DNA of 64,000 bases, taken from assembly GCA_964536205.1 (NCBI GenBank), contig CAZHVT010000006.1, forward strand, positions 8,623-72,622, given 5' to 3'. The notes beneath the pieces are model-generated. The model saw only the letters and a program-made list of their open reading frames with translations, was not told the DNA's origin and did no database searches. Of this stretch, positions 1 to 9,458 are shown in pieces. The translations under genes and the position numbers were made by a program. Each line of letters starts with the position of its first letter. Position 1 is the first letter of the stretch. This stretch comes from an uncultured Gammaproteobacteria bacterium (GTDB taxonomy: Bacteria; Patescibacteriota; Patescibacteriia; Magasanikbacterales; GCA-002688135).

Positions 1-927
1 GAGTTGCCTGTTTTGGGTTGCAAGCTCTTCGTGACTTTGTTCGGGTAGATCGAGCGTTTGTTGTAGCTCTTCTCGTGCTTCCCGAAGTTGATCCAGTGAC
101 TTGCCGAGATCTTCGATCATGCCGGCCATGTCTACTTCATCATCTTCACTCACACTTTCGTCGATACTTGCAGGCACTGGAGTTTCTTGCGCTGGTTCCT
201 GCGGAGGTTCTGGAGTCTCTACCTTCTTTTCTTCCAGTGCTGACTTGTCCAAAACTACATCATCTGCAAGGAATCCTGAAATCGACTCAAGAGTTTGGTC
301 TTTGCCAAGCGACACTCTGCGATATCGACGAGCTGCGTTCTCACTTTGTTTGATGCGGATGAGGCCCATATCCCTCAAAAAGTACAGGTCGCCTCGAAGT
401 GTTGAGGAGGCGACTCGATCTCCGTCACGCTCAAGTCGTTTGTCGATTGCAAGGGCATTTGGAATTACGAGTAATTCCCCAGCTTCCTTGTGCTCATGCA
501 ATAGTTGAACTATCACGCCCAGCACACGGGATCTCCGTTGTGCTGCTTTCGACGCTGGATTGCTTTGTGACGTATCGACATTTGATGTGGTGGACTGTGA
601 TTCAGGTTGGCTGCTGGATCTGTTTGATCCCCGAGCCATAACAATTGCCTTTGACTCATCGACAAGACAAATCGACAGAACCTTTCCAAATTCTGAACCG
701 TTTTGTCGATGAAGTGAAATTGCGCCTTGTTCTTTGAGGTGGCGCACTCGCAACTTCATCATGTCCATGTGATTGAAAGGCTTGTTGGTGCCTTTTCTCG
801 CTTGGATCCGTTCCAGAACGTCTTTTACGGAACCATTGAATTTGTGATCCGGTTGCTTTTTGAGCTCCACAACTACTTCGTTGTAGATGCGCTGTTTGTC
901 TGCATTGCTCAATGTGCGACGTGTCAT
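1..927 (-). CDS. hypothetical protein, 3'-partial (runs off window start); basic N-terminal region, possible winged-helix segment, acidic Glu/Asp-rich C-terminal part
   Basis: Hand translation of the minus strand gives an unbroken frame from an ATG (rc of 925-927, preceded by an AGGAGGA SD) down to position 1. It is absent from the ORF track because it has no stop in the window. Plus-strand ORFs 18-948 are its antisense shadows. Confidence 0.5.
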   Translation of the reverse strand, partial: MTRRTLSNADKQRIYNEVVVELKKQPDHKFNGSVKDVLERIQARKGTNKPFNHMDMMKLRVRHLKEQGAISLHRQNGSEFGKVLSICLVDESKAIVMARGSNRSSSQPESQSTTSNVDTSQSNPASKAAQRRSRVLGVIVQLLHEHKEAGELLVIPNALAIDKRLERDGDRVASSTLRGDLYFLRDMGLIRIKQSENAARRYRRVSLGKDQTLESISGFLADDVVLDKSALEEKKVETPEPPQEPAQETPVPASIDESVSEDDEVDMAGMIEDLGKSLDQLREAREELQQTLDLPEQSHEELATQNRQL

Positions 928-992
928 GAATTTCCTCCGTTGTTGTGACTTGGAATGAACACTCTAGAGCCTAGCATTATGTGTGTTATGTG

Positions 993-1742
993 TCAAGTAT
1001 TGAGTTGGGCTGTTTTAACGCTGTTTTGAGCGAATTCTAACTGCTGTTTTGTGTTAATTCCAATTGCTTGTTTTGGTGGAATTTCTATGGTGTGTACAGT
1101 TTTATGTTGTTGTGAAGCTATCTTGATGAGATCAGTGATGTATAGTTCTGATTGAGCGTTCTGATCTGATAGTTTATGAATGTTTTGATTCAGCCATGCT
1201 GTTTCAAAGAGATATGGTGATGCATTTACTTGTGTTATATCTCGTGTTATTGCGTTGGCATCTTTAAACTCGATGATGCTTGTGACGGTGTTATTTTTTT
1301 TGATTACTCGTCCCCAGTGTTCAAATGTTGCGTACCATTGTTGATAGTGAGGGACGGTTACGGTTCCAATTGTTGTAGTATTTTTGTTGGTTGCTGAAGC
1401 ACAGAATTTTTGAAATGTGTGTGTTTGAAAGAAGGGGTGATCTCCATAACAGACAAGTGTGTATTGGGATGTGATGTGTGGTAGTGCACATTGTAGTGCA
1501 TGACCTGTTCCGCGCGGTTTTTTTTGCGTTGCGTATTTTAAATCACATGGTAGTGTTTTTCTTATTTCGGTCTCGTTATCGCCAACAACAATGAGAGGGG
1601 TGGTGATGGATTGGCATGGTTTTAGTGCATCAATAAGATGTTGAATAATAGGTTTTCCATTTATTGGTATCAGTACTTTTGGGATATCTGATACCATTCG
1701 TGTGCCTTTTCCTGCCGCTAAAATTACTGGTTGTATTAACAT
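993..1742 (-). CDS. sugar-phosphate nucleotidyltransferase, GlmU N-terminal (uridyltransferase)-like domain only
   Basis: Contains LAAGKGTRM (the G-x-G-T-R nucleotide-binding loop), KPRGTGHAL and VCYGDHPF motifs typical of the GlmU/RmlA NTP-transferase fold. At 249 aa it has no left-handed beta-helix acetyltransferase part. Confidence 0.65.
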   Translation of the reverse strand: MLIQPVILAAGKGTRMVSDIPKVLIPINGKPIIQHLIDALKPCQSITTPLIVVGDNETEIRKTLPCDLKYATQKKPRGTGHALQCALPHITSQYTLVCYGDHPFFQTHTFQKFCASATNKNTTTIGTVTVPHYQQWYATFEHWGRVIKKNNTVTSIIEFKDANAITRDITQVNASPYLFETAWLNQNIHKLSDQNAQSELYITDLIKIASQQHKTVHTIEIPPKQAIGINTKQQLEFAQNSVKTAQLNT

Positions 1743-1764
1743 ATGTTTTGTATTTACATATATA

Positions 1765-1793
1765 TTGACATATTTAAATATGTTTGTTAATAT
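1765..1793 (+). promoter_or_regulatory. sigma70-like promoter (TTGACA-17-TAATAT) upstream of the 627-aa gene
   Basis: Hexamers and spacing read directly from the sequence. The intergenic tract is AT-rich. Confidence 0.35.
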
Positions 1794-1857
1794 TAGATGT
1801 GATTGGTGGTGTAATTAACATTGTCAATGTAAGCGTTCATTACAAGGTGAGGGATAC

Positions 1858-3741
1858 ATGGCACAGCGAATATTCATTAGATACCCAGTCGTCAGTGGCG
1901 GTTGGGACTATGTGCAGATTGATCCTGCACGAGCATCGTTGAATATGTTGACTGAGCTTTGGACAAAGGCTCGTCAGCAAGGCGGAGATATCAAGTATGT
2001 ACATGCCTTCGGGTATGAGAATTTGATCAGTAAGCAACACAACACAGATGAGTTGGATGAACTGATTGAGCAGGTTTTACATCCAATGCAAGTTGCGATT
2101 GATGGGAATTCCCCTGAAACATCTGCAACGCTCTCAAGTTTGACAACGGATATTCGTAAGCTGAAAGATGTATTTGCATCGATTGGATCTGGTCAAATAA
2201 AAGATGCCGAGCATAAGCTTCGGGATTTACTGTGGTCTATTCAATCTACAGTCTGTACTATCGCGAGCCTTCTCGAGTTTATTCAGGAAGAGGTTTCTGG
2301 GTTGAACTCCGTAAACCAATCATGGCAGAATGCTTCACAACTTAGTGATGATGCGCGTGGTTGGTATGACGATTGGTCAGAGCAAGCGATGAAGATCATC
2401 GAGTATGTCGGTGCATTGAAAGGGTTTCGTTCGACTATCGAATCGGAAACTCAACGCGCAACAATAGGTAAGCGTCATTTTGACCAAAGTGTAGCAGAGG
2501 CTCAAGTTATTTACTCCGAGTCTTTGTTGTTCCTCGATGATCCTGAATCTTTGGGGCATGACAATTTTTGCGAGCGTGCTCAAGCGTTTAGTGTTGATTG
2601 CTCGAAAGAGGATCGTACTGCGATGGAGCAAGACATTGCGAGTGCTCGTGAGCATATCGCACGATGTCGAGATCTCGCTAAGGCGTTGCACGAAGATTGG
2701 GTCAACGGCCGTACGGTATTGGTTCAGAAATCGGTTCAACTTAATCGAGACATTACTCGATGCGTAAATGCTTTACTGCATTCGCGAAATTCGTTTACAG
2801 GTTTGCGAGATGGTATTTTTGCGGACAAGCCTGCTCCATTCTCACTGAATGACCCTGCAATTTCTGAAGAGGATTTTTGTCTGGCTATGCAGTATGTGGA
2901 TTCATCGGAATGGATTCCAAGCCGCGCAAAAAGTCGCCTTGTTGCGTTAGCTCAAGCACTTCCAGAACATTATGGAAGTGAGCCGGAATGTTCCGCGGAA
3001 TTGGAACGGGCAATGTCATTTGCAATGCAACATATTGAGCGAATTGAATCCGATTGGAGACATGAAGATCAGAAATCAGGTGCAGATGAAAATCAAAGTT
3101 TCGGCTTTGTGATGCCGACGTTTGGTAAGTCTTCGTCATCTGACGATGAAGAAGATGATGACTCGGTTTCAGCTGAATCTCGACCGTCAGCAACTGATCG
3201 TGCAATCATTAAGCCTTCAGCTGCTCAGACGTTAGCTCGTCGCAATGGGAATGGTTCAGGTCAAGATGCTGCTTCTCAAAAAGGTGGTATTGAGGCAACG
3301 ATAGATTTGGAAATATTGTATTCTCGCGCTACGTTTGATCAGGTTCATGATTTGCTTCTGTGTTGTGGGTATGTCATAACGTGCAACGCGAGTGGCATCT
3401 CGCTGAGTAATGCAAATGCGTTGCTCAAAACGGTGCGTAAACTCAACTTGGTTCATCCGCGAATCTTGAATGTTTACTGGGATCGTATGCAGGATTACAT
3501 TGAAGAACCTGATAGATGCACGATTGTACAAGAGCGATCGAATCTGACTCGCATGTGGCGTTCTGCTAGCACTCCTTGGGTTAAGACTCTTCAGCCCATC
3601 AATAAATGGTGTTGGATGAAAGTCAGTCCTTACGCTCGTGAAATGTGCCAGTTTTTGATGGCGAAGTACGGCATTACTGCTGAACAGATTCGTGCAGCCA
3701 AGAAAGACAAGGATTCTGACGAGGGATGGGATCGTCGTTAA
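1858..3741 (+). CDS. hypothetical protein (627 aa), no recognisable domain; acidic Ser/Asp/Glu stretch around residue 430
   Basis: Long ORF with an SD (aaggtgaggg) 4 nt before the ATG. GC is ~48%, higher than the core genes. Confidence 0.6.
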   Translation: MAQRIFIRYPVVSGGWDYVQIDPARASLNMLTELWTKARQQGGDIKYVHAFGYENLISKQHNTDELDELIEQVLHPMQVAIDGNSPETSATLSSLTTDIRKLKDVFASIGSGQIKDAEHKLRDLLWSIQSTVCTIASLLEFIQEEVSGLNSVNQSWQNASQLSDDARGWYDDWSEQAMKIIEYVGALKGFRSTIESETQRATIGKRHFDQSVAEAQVIYSESLLFLDDPESLGHDNFCERAQAFSVDCSKEDRTAMEQDIASAREHIARCRDLAKALHEDWVNGRTVLVQKSVQLNRDITRCVNALLHSRNSFTGLRDGIFADKPAPFSLNDPAISEEDFCLAMQYVDSSEWIPSRAKSRLVALAQALPEHYGSEPECSAELERAMSFAMQHIERIESDWRHEDQKSGADENQSFGFVMPTFGKSSSSDDEEDDDSVSAESRPSATDRAIIKPSAAQTLARRNGNGSGQDAASQKGGIEATIDLEILYSRATFDQVHDLLLCCGYVITCNASGISLSNANALLKTVRKLNLVHPRILNVYWDRMQDYIEEPDRCTIVQERSNLTRMWRSASTPWVKTLQPINKWCWMKVSPYAREMCQFLMAKYGITAEQIRAAKKDKDSDEGWDRR

Positions 3742-3753
3742 TTAGATTTACAG

Positions 3754-3812
3754 GCTCCGACTACGGTCGGAGTTTTTTTAATAAAAAAATATCCCCGACC
3801 GTAGTCGGGGAG
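3754..3812. terminator. bidirectional rho-independent terminator pair between convergent genes
   Basis: ctccgactacggtcggag followed by a T7 run; then an A-run followed by ccccgaccgtagtcgggg for the minus-strand gene. Confidence 0.7.
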
Positions 3813-3816
3813 TGGC

Positions 3817-5871
3817 TTATCGCAACTTGTGCATGTGTTCGTGGAAGATCCGGTTTCCCTTCATTTCCAGGTCTGACATGAGTTGACGAGCTTGATCAGG
3901 CGACATGTGTGCTGCCGCCTCGTCATTTCTTTTGACAGTAAATTCGAAGTGGACGAAGCGAGCGAATTCGCTACAGATGGCACGCCAAATGTAGTTGTGC
4001 AGCGTGTTTGCTTTCTTCGCTTCTTGATAGCCTGGGGCTTTCGTGTTCAAGAGGATTGAGTTAATCGTTCCTCCTTCCACCATCATGATGGGGCACTCTG
4101 CGAGCACACCACCCATGGGGATGTCGTCATAGCGGAAGAAATACGTTTCGTCATCCATGACCATTCCGAAGACTTCTCGTGTGCTCCTGACTTCCTTGAC
4201 CACGATGTCACAAAAGGATTTGTGATCGGGGTTTTCGGAGTCGTATGCGGTGATGCGTACGATGCCAGGTGTTGCAGGCGTGAAGATGACACTGCGATTT
4301 CTGATCGTCATTGTGCCTGATCCGTTCTTGGACCACTTCAATTTTCCTTTCAGCTTGTCGACGTTGCTGGCGGTAACCTGCACAACTTCTGCTGTTGTGA
4401 TGGTTGCGTCAGATGGACTTGTGTGGAAGTAGCGCTGATTCACTACGGAATAGTGAGCCATGTCTGAAAATGCGGTTGAAACGACTTCAGCCACCACGTA
4501 AGCCGGGCCCATTGTCTCTGCTGTCATTCGAATGCCGGTATCAGTCCGTTGCACGTCTGTGCATCCCGACTTTTTGGTATTCCAGTCAATGTCCTTGTGC
4601 TTGATCAATCCTTGATCTCGAATCTCTTTTTTGATGGATGCGGTGATCTCGAATGTTTCACCGACCTCAACTTCTCGAGGGTGCTTCAGTTTGATTGCCA
4701 TGCCGGAAGGCACGTCATCAGGATTGTCTCCAGGTGTTTTGTCATCTGGTTTGACGGGCTTTTTCTTTGACTTGCCGTTGCTCGGAAGATCATTTTCGTC
4801 GATGTCCCAGAAGTCTTTGATCTTTGACATCAACTTCATGAATTCTTCTTTGTCATCACTGTTTTCGTCTGTCGGGGCTTCGAAGCCCAGATCTCGACGA
4901 ACAGCAGGCGCCAGTCGATTGAGTAGGCGGATGAATGGCAGTGTCAGTGGTTCGTTGGCGATAGAGCCAGCGATTCGTTCTCGACTTTCGGTTGTGTGAT
5001 TTTCAAACATCGCACAGCTGATGTGTCCAGCAACTTCGGGCAGCAGATAGATGGGATCCAGTGCGTATCCATCCATGTTGCGGCATGCTGTAACGAGCGT
5101 TCCGATTTTGCCTTCTCCGATGTCCTTTCCTGTCACTCGAACGTACCTGCGTGGACTGCTCTTCTTGAGCTTTGGACGCATGATGTCGATGCTGACAGTT
5201 CCGAGTCGCGGGTGAACTTCGACGAATTCGAATCGTTTTCCGATCAGATCGACGTCAGGGAGTTCCTCGATTTCGTCAATCGAGATCTTGTATTTCAGAT
5301 TGCTCGGCAGGCGAAGTGCGAGTTCTTGGGCTAGTCGATTACCTCGACCATCTTTGAACAGCTTGATTTTTTCCGGATGCAGATCGAAAATGATGAGCGT
5401 ACCGGTTTCGGAATCGTACGGCCACGTTTTATCGTTTTTCGGGAGAGCTTCTGGCCTCAACGCAATTTTGTTGATTGCGTTTTTACCACACTCACTTGTT
5501 TTCAGTGTGAATCTCACGACTGTGTCAGGAAGTTCCTTAGAGACGGTGACAACTGTCACGCTTGTGGACAGCGACATGAGCACCTGTTTGATGCCTGTCG
5601 CGTATTTGCCACGTTTCCCTTTGAGGATTTTCGAACGCGGTTTTCCGATTGAGACGAATTGATTTCGATTTGCTTCACCCATGCCTTCCCCGTCGTCGAG
5701 GATCATGAATTGCTTTCGATTATCGGTTCGGATCCGAATGGATTGTGCGTCCCAGTCCAAAGCATTCTTGATGAGCTCAATGATGCAGTGGATGATATCC
5801 TTTCCATCGAAGATTTCGTGAATGATATCGGGCTCAATCGTGGCGATAATGTCAGGTACTACTTGACTCAT
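3817..5871 (-). CDS. GHKL (Bergerat-fold) ATPase domain protein, MORC/MutL/Hsp90/TopoVI-B-like N-terminal ATPase, long C-terminal extension (684 aa)
   Basis: N-box ELIKNALDWDA and G1-box ILDDGEGMG lie near the N-terminus, with GKYATGIKQ as a G2-like motif. The SD is taggaga, 5 nt before the ATG. It sits 12 nt downstream of the partner gene (operon). Confidence 0.7.
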   Translation of the reverse strand: MSQVVPDIIATIEPDIIHEIFDGKDIIHCIIELIKNALDWDAQSIRIRTDNRKQFMILDDGEGMGEANRNQFVSIGKPRSKILKGKRGKYATGIKQVLMSLSTSVTVVTVSKELPDTVVRFTLKTSECGKNAINKIALRPEALPKNDKTWPYDSETGTLIIFDLHPEKIKLFKDGRGNRLAQELALRLPSNLKYKISIDEIEELPDVDLIGKRFEFVEVHPRLGTVSIDIMRPKLKKSSPRRYVRVTGKDIGEGKIGTLVTACRNMDGYALDPIYLLPEVAGHISCAMFENHTTESRERIAGSIANEPLTLPFIRLLNRLAPAVRRDLGFEAPTDENSDDKEEFMKLMSKIKDFWDIDENDLPSNGKSKKKPVKPDDKTPGDNPDDVPSGMAIKLKHPREVEVGETFEITASIKKEIRDQGLIKHKDIDWNTKKSGCTDVQRTDTGIRMTAETMGPAYVVAEVVSTAFSDMAHYSVVNQRYFHTSPSDATITTAEVVQVTASNVDKLKGKLKWSKNGSGTMTIRNRSVIFTPATPGIVRITAYDSENPDHKSFCDIVVKEVRSTREVFGMVMDDETYFFRYDDIPMGGVLAECPIMMVEGGTINSILLNTKAPGYQEAKKANTLHNYIWRAICSEFARFVHFEFTVKRNDEAAAHMSPDQARQLMSDLEMKGNRIFHEHMHKLR

Positions 5872-5883
5872 TTTTTTCTCCTA

Positions 5884-7308
5884 TTATTGTTGCCGTTCTT
5901 CATTGGGTTGACTTGCGAGATGTTCGCGCGAACTATCAAATAGCTCGCTTAGTTTTCCTGGGTATTCGTACGAGAATTGACGAATTGCCAATTCAAGTTC
6001 AGCCAGCTCTAAATCCATTTCATCTCGGAGTTTGGCGCGAATGCGCGTATCCTTGATTTGTGAACATACGTTTATCAATCCTCTGGTGATTTGTACTTGT
6101 GTCTTGAGGTCCTCAATAAACGATGTGCTTGGAGTTATGTTAAGCGATGCAAATCCGTTTTTAGTGAGACATAGCTCTACACCTGTTGGTGATGGGCTTC
6201 CGCCAATACTTTCCAGAGAAACCTTTTTTGTGTTTTTCTTGATTCGAGTTGGACGACTTGACGGTTTCGGTCTCTTGTCACCGTTAGAGCCTATTCTTGG
6301 TGATCTTGTGTTGCTCCGTTTCTTTTTACCCATTACGGGCATTTCGAACTCGGTGTCAGCTTCGCTTTTCGCCTCAGTTTTGGGTTCTGGTTCTTCTGGC
6401 TCTTTTGGAGTTGGTTTTTGTGTTTCTTTCGACAGACTTACAACAGGTTCTGATGGCTCAGTTTTTTGTGGTTCTGAATCAGACTCGACTGTGCGAAGAT
6501 ATTCTTCTGCACTGGCAATCATGAGTTCAATATGCTCAACAGAAGTGCGACCCTTCAAACCGTTATTGTAGGTCGTAACATGTACACCACACGCATGAGC
6601 TCTTAGGGGAGCCATGGTGATATGTGCCTTCATCCGATTGACAAGAACCTGCAATCGCAATGATGCTTCTTGTCGTTGTGATTTGACCTCTGTAAGTCGT
6701 TGTTCAATTAAGGTGTTGATTTTTGGATCTGTGATTGTGCTGTCGATTCTTTCGGCGATTTTTGGATCGGCGAGTTTCGCGATAGCCTCTTTTTTGGTTG
6801 CAAGTGCGTTTCGAACAATGTCTCGTAGATCTTCATCGAAGATTTTGCTGAATTCTTCGTGATTTGCAAATCCGGCAAAGTGTACGATGTGGATGTCCAT
6901 CAGATTGAATACACGCGCAACTGTATCGAGGTCGAAGTACGCAAGCGTGAGATAGTTTTGCGAAAGATTGTTCGAGAGCAGTGTGATTTTTTGCTCGAGC
7001 TCATTTTGTCCGAATTTTCGGCAGAAGTTTTGGAATGATTCGCCTTTTGTGACTACGGTTAAGCCGTTGTACAGTCGTCGAATCATGTTTCCAGAACAGT
7101 TGCAATAGCGAGCGAATTGTCGAAGCGTATTATGATTTCCCTTTGAAACCTTTTTACCCTTCCCATGCCTATCTCGGAATTTCGCATATTCGTCTATGCA
7201 TAACTGTCGAAGCTCGCGTTGTAACGGAATCATCTCCCTAATTTTGAGATGCGTCACAACCACATCTCGTTGCATTGCAGCTACTTTATGCGCATCGTAT
7301 TTTTTCAT
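5884..7308 (-). CDS. hypothetical protein, operon partner of the GHKL ATPase; Lys/Pro/Glu-rich low-complexity linker in the C-terminal half
   Basis: ORF 5884..7347. The start is reassigned to the internal ATG at 7308 (MKKYDAHKV...) because it has a good SD (gagaggtaag) whereas the first ATG has none. Confidence 0.55.
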   Translation of the reverse strand: MKKYDAHKVAAMQRDVVVTHLKIREMIPLQRELRQLCIDEYAKFRDRHGKGKKVSKGNHNTLRQFARYCNCSGNMIRRLYNGLTVVTKGESFQNFCRKFGQNELEQKITLLSNNLSQNYLTLAYFDLDTVARVFNLMDIHIVHFAGFANHEEFSKIFDEDLRDIVRNALATKKEAIAKLADPKIAERIDSTITDPKINTLIEQRLTEVKSQRQEASLRLQVLVNRMKAHITMAPLRAHACGVHVTTYNNGLKGRTSVEHIELMIASAEEYLRTVESDSEPQKTEPSEPVVSLSKETQKPTPKEPEEPEPKTEAKSEADTEFEMPVMGKKKRSNTRSPRIGSNGDKRPKPSSRPTRIKKNTKKVSLESIGGSPSPTGVELCLTKNGFASLNITPSTSFIEDLKTQVQITRGLINVCSQIKDTRIRAKLRDEMDLELAELELAIRQFSYEYPGKLSELFDSSREHLASQPNEERQQ

Positions 7309-7410
7309 CTTACCTCTCAATATTTCGTTGTAATGATCTGGAGCCATGAAAGGCTATTCAGGAATCAATAGTGGTATGTATCCCTGAATAACCTTCATTG
7401 CGTTCGATTA

Positions 7411-7439
7411 ATACTAGCTAGATTTAGTTCAATTGTCAA
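7411..7439 (-). promoter_or_regulatory. sigma70-like promoter (TTGACA-17-TAGTAT on the minus strand) for the 2-gene GHKL operon
   Basis: Reverse complement of 7411-7439. It is followed by a ~65-nt leader containing a 7-bp hairpin. Confidence 0.4.
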
Positions 7440-7582
7440 GTGTGTTCGTGTCAGCTGTTGCATCTTGTTTAATTTTTGAATTTGCCTGTAAATTTAGTCT
7501 TTTTTACTTAGGATGGGTATCTTGACTTAGCATGGTCATTGTGATAATTTCATGGCAATGTTCATTACAACAAGAGGTACAC

Positions 7583-8749
7583 ATGCAAGAATCAAATGCA
7601 AAGCGTGTTGTCCGCAGAATGTTTTATCGTGAATGTGTTGGTCAGTGGCTTGATCCGCATGAAATTGAGAACGGTAATATTCTGATTTTGATGGGAGATG
7701 AGCCATTGGAAATTCCTTACATTCAGGAATTGGGCTTTGATCCATTTAGTGTGTGTTCGGTTGAGAGAGATGAGGATATTTTTCGTAAGCAGCGGCGTAT
7801 GGTTGATGGGGGCGAAATTCAGGTTTCGCTATACTTTGGTCAGATGAAACGCTATCTCATGAAAATGCTTCATTGTTACAAGAAATTTGTTGTGCTGAAT
7901 TTGGACGTAGAGGGGAGCTATCGTTTCCAGCTTGATCCAGCTATGACATCTGTTGTGCAGTTTTGTGCAGCAAATCCTCGTACGGTTGTGGCGACGTATT
8001 CGTCAATTGGCCGAAATTTCAACACAGTGTGGGAAGGCATTAAGGCCCTCACATTACTTGTGTGGCTTGCACCAAAAAAGACACGTCAGCTGATGGCGAG
8101 TTTGGTTCATGCCTACACTGAGGCAGGGTGTACACAGCCGATTCGATTTGCTCTACGTGATGTGTTTTGGCTGGTGAGTCAGATTGAGCATCTTGTGCAG
8201 GCGTCAATGATTAAAGGTTGGATTTCGCGAGAAGAGTACGATTGTTTCAACCAAGGCTATGCCCTCTTGTGGAACTATGTGTTCACAAAGAGAAAGAAGA
8301 CGCTTCGGCTCCGCGACATTTACACCTTTGTTTCTTCTTGGACGCAGATTGAAGATGAAAATTCTTGTCTTCGAGTTCTGCCGTGTATGCATATGGGCAT
8401 CACAGATTTGATGCATGTATTATATCGCGCTCAGCGTCCTTGGATACAACGTTGTTACTTTACTCGTTATGAGGTTGCATCTCCATCTCGTCGACGAACT
8501 GTTCGAACCCATCTGAATCGATTGTGTGACTTGTTGATTTCTCGTCCTTTCATTTATGTCGATGAGGATGGTACTCGTCAGGATATTGATATTTCGTCTG
8601 TTCCTGAATGTGGTGTGGATGGATTCATTATTTGGAAAAATCCGCAGCGAAAGCAAAATTTGTATACAATGTTTCGGCCGCGTAGGTTGCGACCGGAGAA
8701 GTTTGGGCATGGTTCACATGCAGTAGAGTCTAGTTTAGGTCAACAGTAA
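7583..8749 (+). CDS. hypothetical protein (388 aa), first gene of the divergent operon
   Basis: The ORF is trimmed to the ATG at 7583, which is preceded by a gaggt SD. No recognisable motifs. Confidence 0.55.
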   Translation: MQESNAKRVVRRMFYRECVGQWLDPHEIENGNILILMGDEPLEIPYIQELGFDPFSVCSVERDEDIFRKQRRMVDGGEIQVSLYFGQMKRYLMKMLHCYKKFVVLNLDVEGSYRFQLDPAMTSVVQFCAANPRTVVATYSSIGRNFNTVWEGIKALTLLVWLAPKKTRQLMASLVHAYTEAGCTQPIRFALRDVFWLVSQIEHLVQASMIKGWISREEYDCFNQGYALLWNYVFTKRKKTLRLRDIYTFVSSWTQIEDENSCLRVLPCMHMGITDLMHVLYRAQRPWIQRCYFTRYEVASPSRRRTVRTHLNRLCDLLISRPFIYVDEDGTRQDIDISSVPECGVDGFIIWKNPQRKQNLYTMFRPRRLRPEKFGHGSHAVESSLGQQ

Positions 8750-8761
8750 GGAGGTTGAGTA

Positions 8762-9391
8762 ATGAGTGCTTTGCAAGATCGATTTTGGAAGGGAGGGCAA
8801 TTGACTCCTGTTGGTGTGCGTTTCGTTCGTGAATGCACAGAGGCTGGGGAGGATGTAGATCAGATTTTGTCGCGCATGGGGAGTAATTGTCCTAGAAATG
8901 CGCGAGTCATGATTGGTTTGTATGTAAGGACTACTGGCAGTAATGGTGGGTCTGCGGATACAAGTTCGTTGCCGAATATGTATGTGGCGAATGGAAAGCT
9001 AACTAAGGTTGGTAAGGACCGAGTGCATGCGTTGGCCACAAAAAGCGCAACCATCACTGCGCAAGAGATTCTCGATGAAATGGGAATTACGGAGATTTCC
9101 GAACGATCGATGCGTGCGTTTTTGGCGCATGCTCCGTCGAGACGTCCTCCGAAGAAAAAGAAGAAGTCTCGTAAAAAGAGACCTTCGGCAGTTTCAGGAG
9201 CTTTTGTAGTTAACGGTAGGCTGACTGCGGCTGGAAAGGTGCATATGTATGAGTTGGCCGCAAAAAGCGCAACCATCACTGCGCAAGAGATTCTCGATGA
9301 AATGGGAATTACGGAGATTTCCGAACGATCGATGCGTGCGTTTTTGGCGCATGCTCCGTCGAGACGTCCTCCGAGAAAAAAGAAGAAATAA
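8762..9391 (+). CDS. hypothetical repeat protein (209 aa): three ~70-aa repeats each ending in a basic PPKKKK/PPRKKK tail
   Basis: Strong SD (aaggagg). The two C-terminal repeats are identical over 38 aa (AKSATITAQEILDEMGITEISERSMRAFLAHAPSRRPP). Confidence 0.6.
   Translation: MSALQDRFWKGGQLTPVGVRFVRECTEAGEDVDQILSRMGSNCPRNARVMIGLYVRTTGSNGGSADTSSLPNMYVANGKLTKVGKDRVHALATKSATITAQEILDEMGITEISERSMRAFLAHAPSRRPPKKKKKSRKKRPSAVSGAFVVNGRLTAAGKVHMYELAAKSATITAQEILDEMGITEISERSMRAFLAHAPSRRPPRKKKK
9040..9375 (+). repeat. perfect 114-bp direct repeat (9040-9153 and 9262-9375, period 222 bp) inside the 209-aa gene
   Basis: Identical nucleotide strings read at both positions. The flanking parts of each unit have diverged. 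Confidence 0.85.
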
Positions 9392-9396
9392 AACAT

Positions 9397-9452
9397 CGCA
9401 TCTACGGATGCGTTTTTTTAATTAAAAAATCCTGCGCCTCGTGGGGGCAGGA
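9397..9452. terminator. back-to-back terminators (cgcatc-tacg-gatgcg + T7 for the plus strand; atcctgc..gcaggat preceded by an A-run for the minus strand)
   Basis: Stem-loops with U-runs on the appropriate strands between convergent genes. Confidence 0.65.
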
Positions 9453-9458
9453 TTGTGT

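Noticed and set aside
18-948. Four plus-strand ORFs (18-353, 101-508, 399-641, 727-948)
   Set aside because: They lie antisense to a continuous minus-strand coding frame (1-927) that has a proper SD and start. Their Leu/Arg/Cys/His-rich composition is typical of antisense shadows.
2737-2760. HEPN-like Rx6H motif (RCVNALLH) in the 627-aa protein
   Set aside because: A single short motif is expected by chance in a protein of this size. No supporting alpha-helical HEPN context could be established from sequence alone.
8860-9396. 178-aa minus-strand ORF containing its own internal repeat
   Set aside because: It mirrors the intragenic tandem repeat of the plus-strand 209-aa gene, which has the strong SD and terminator. 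It has no SD.
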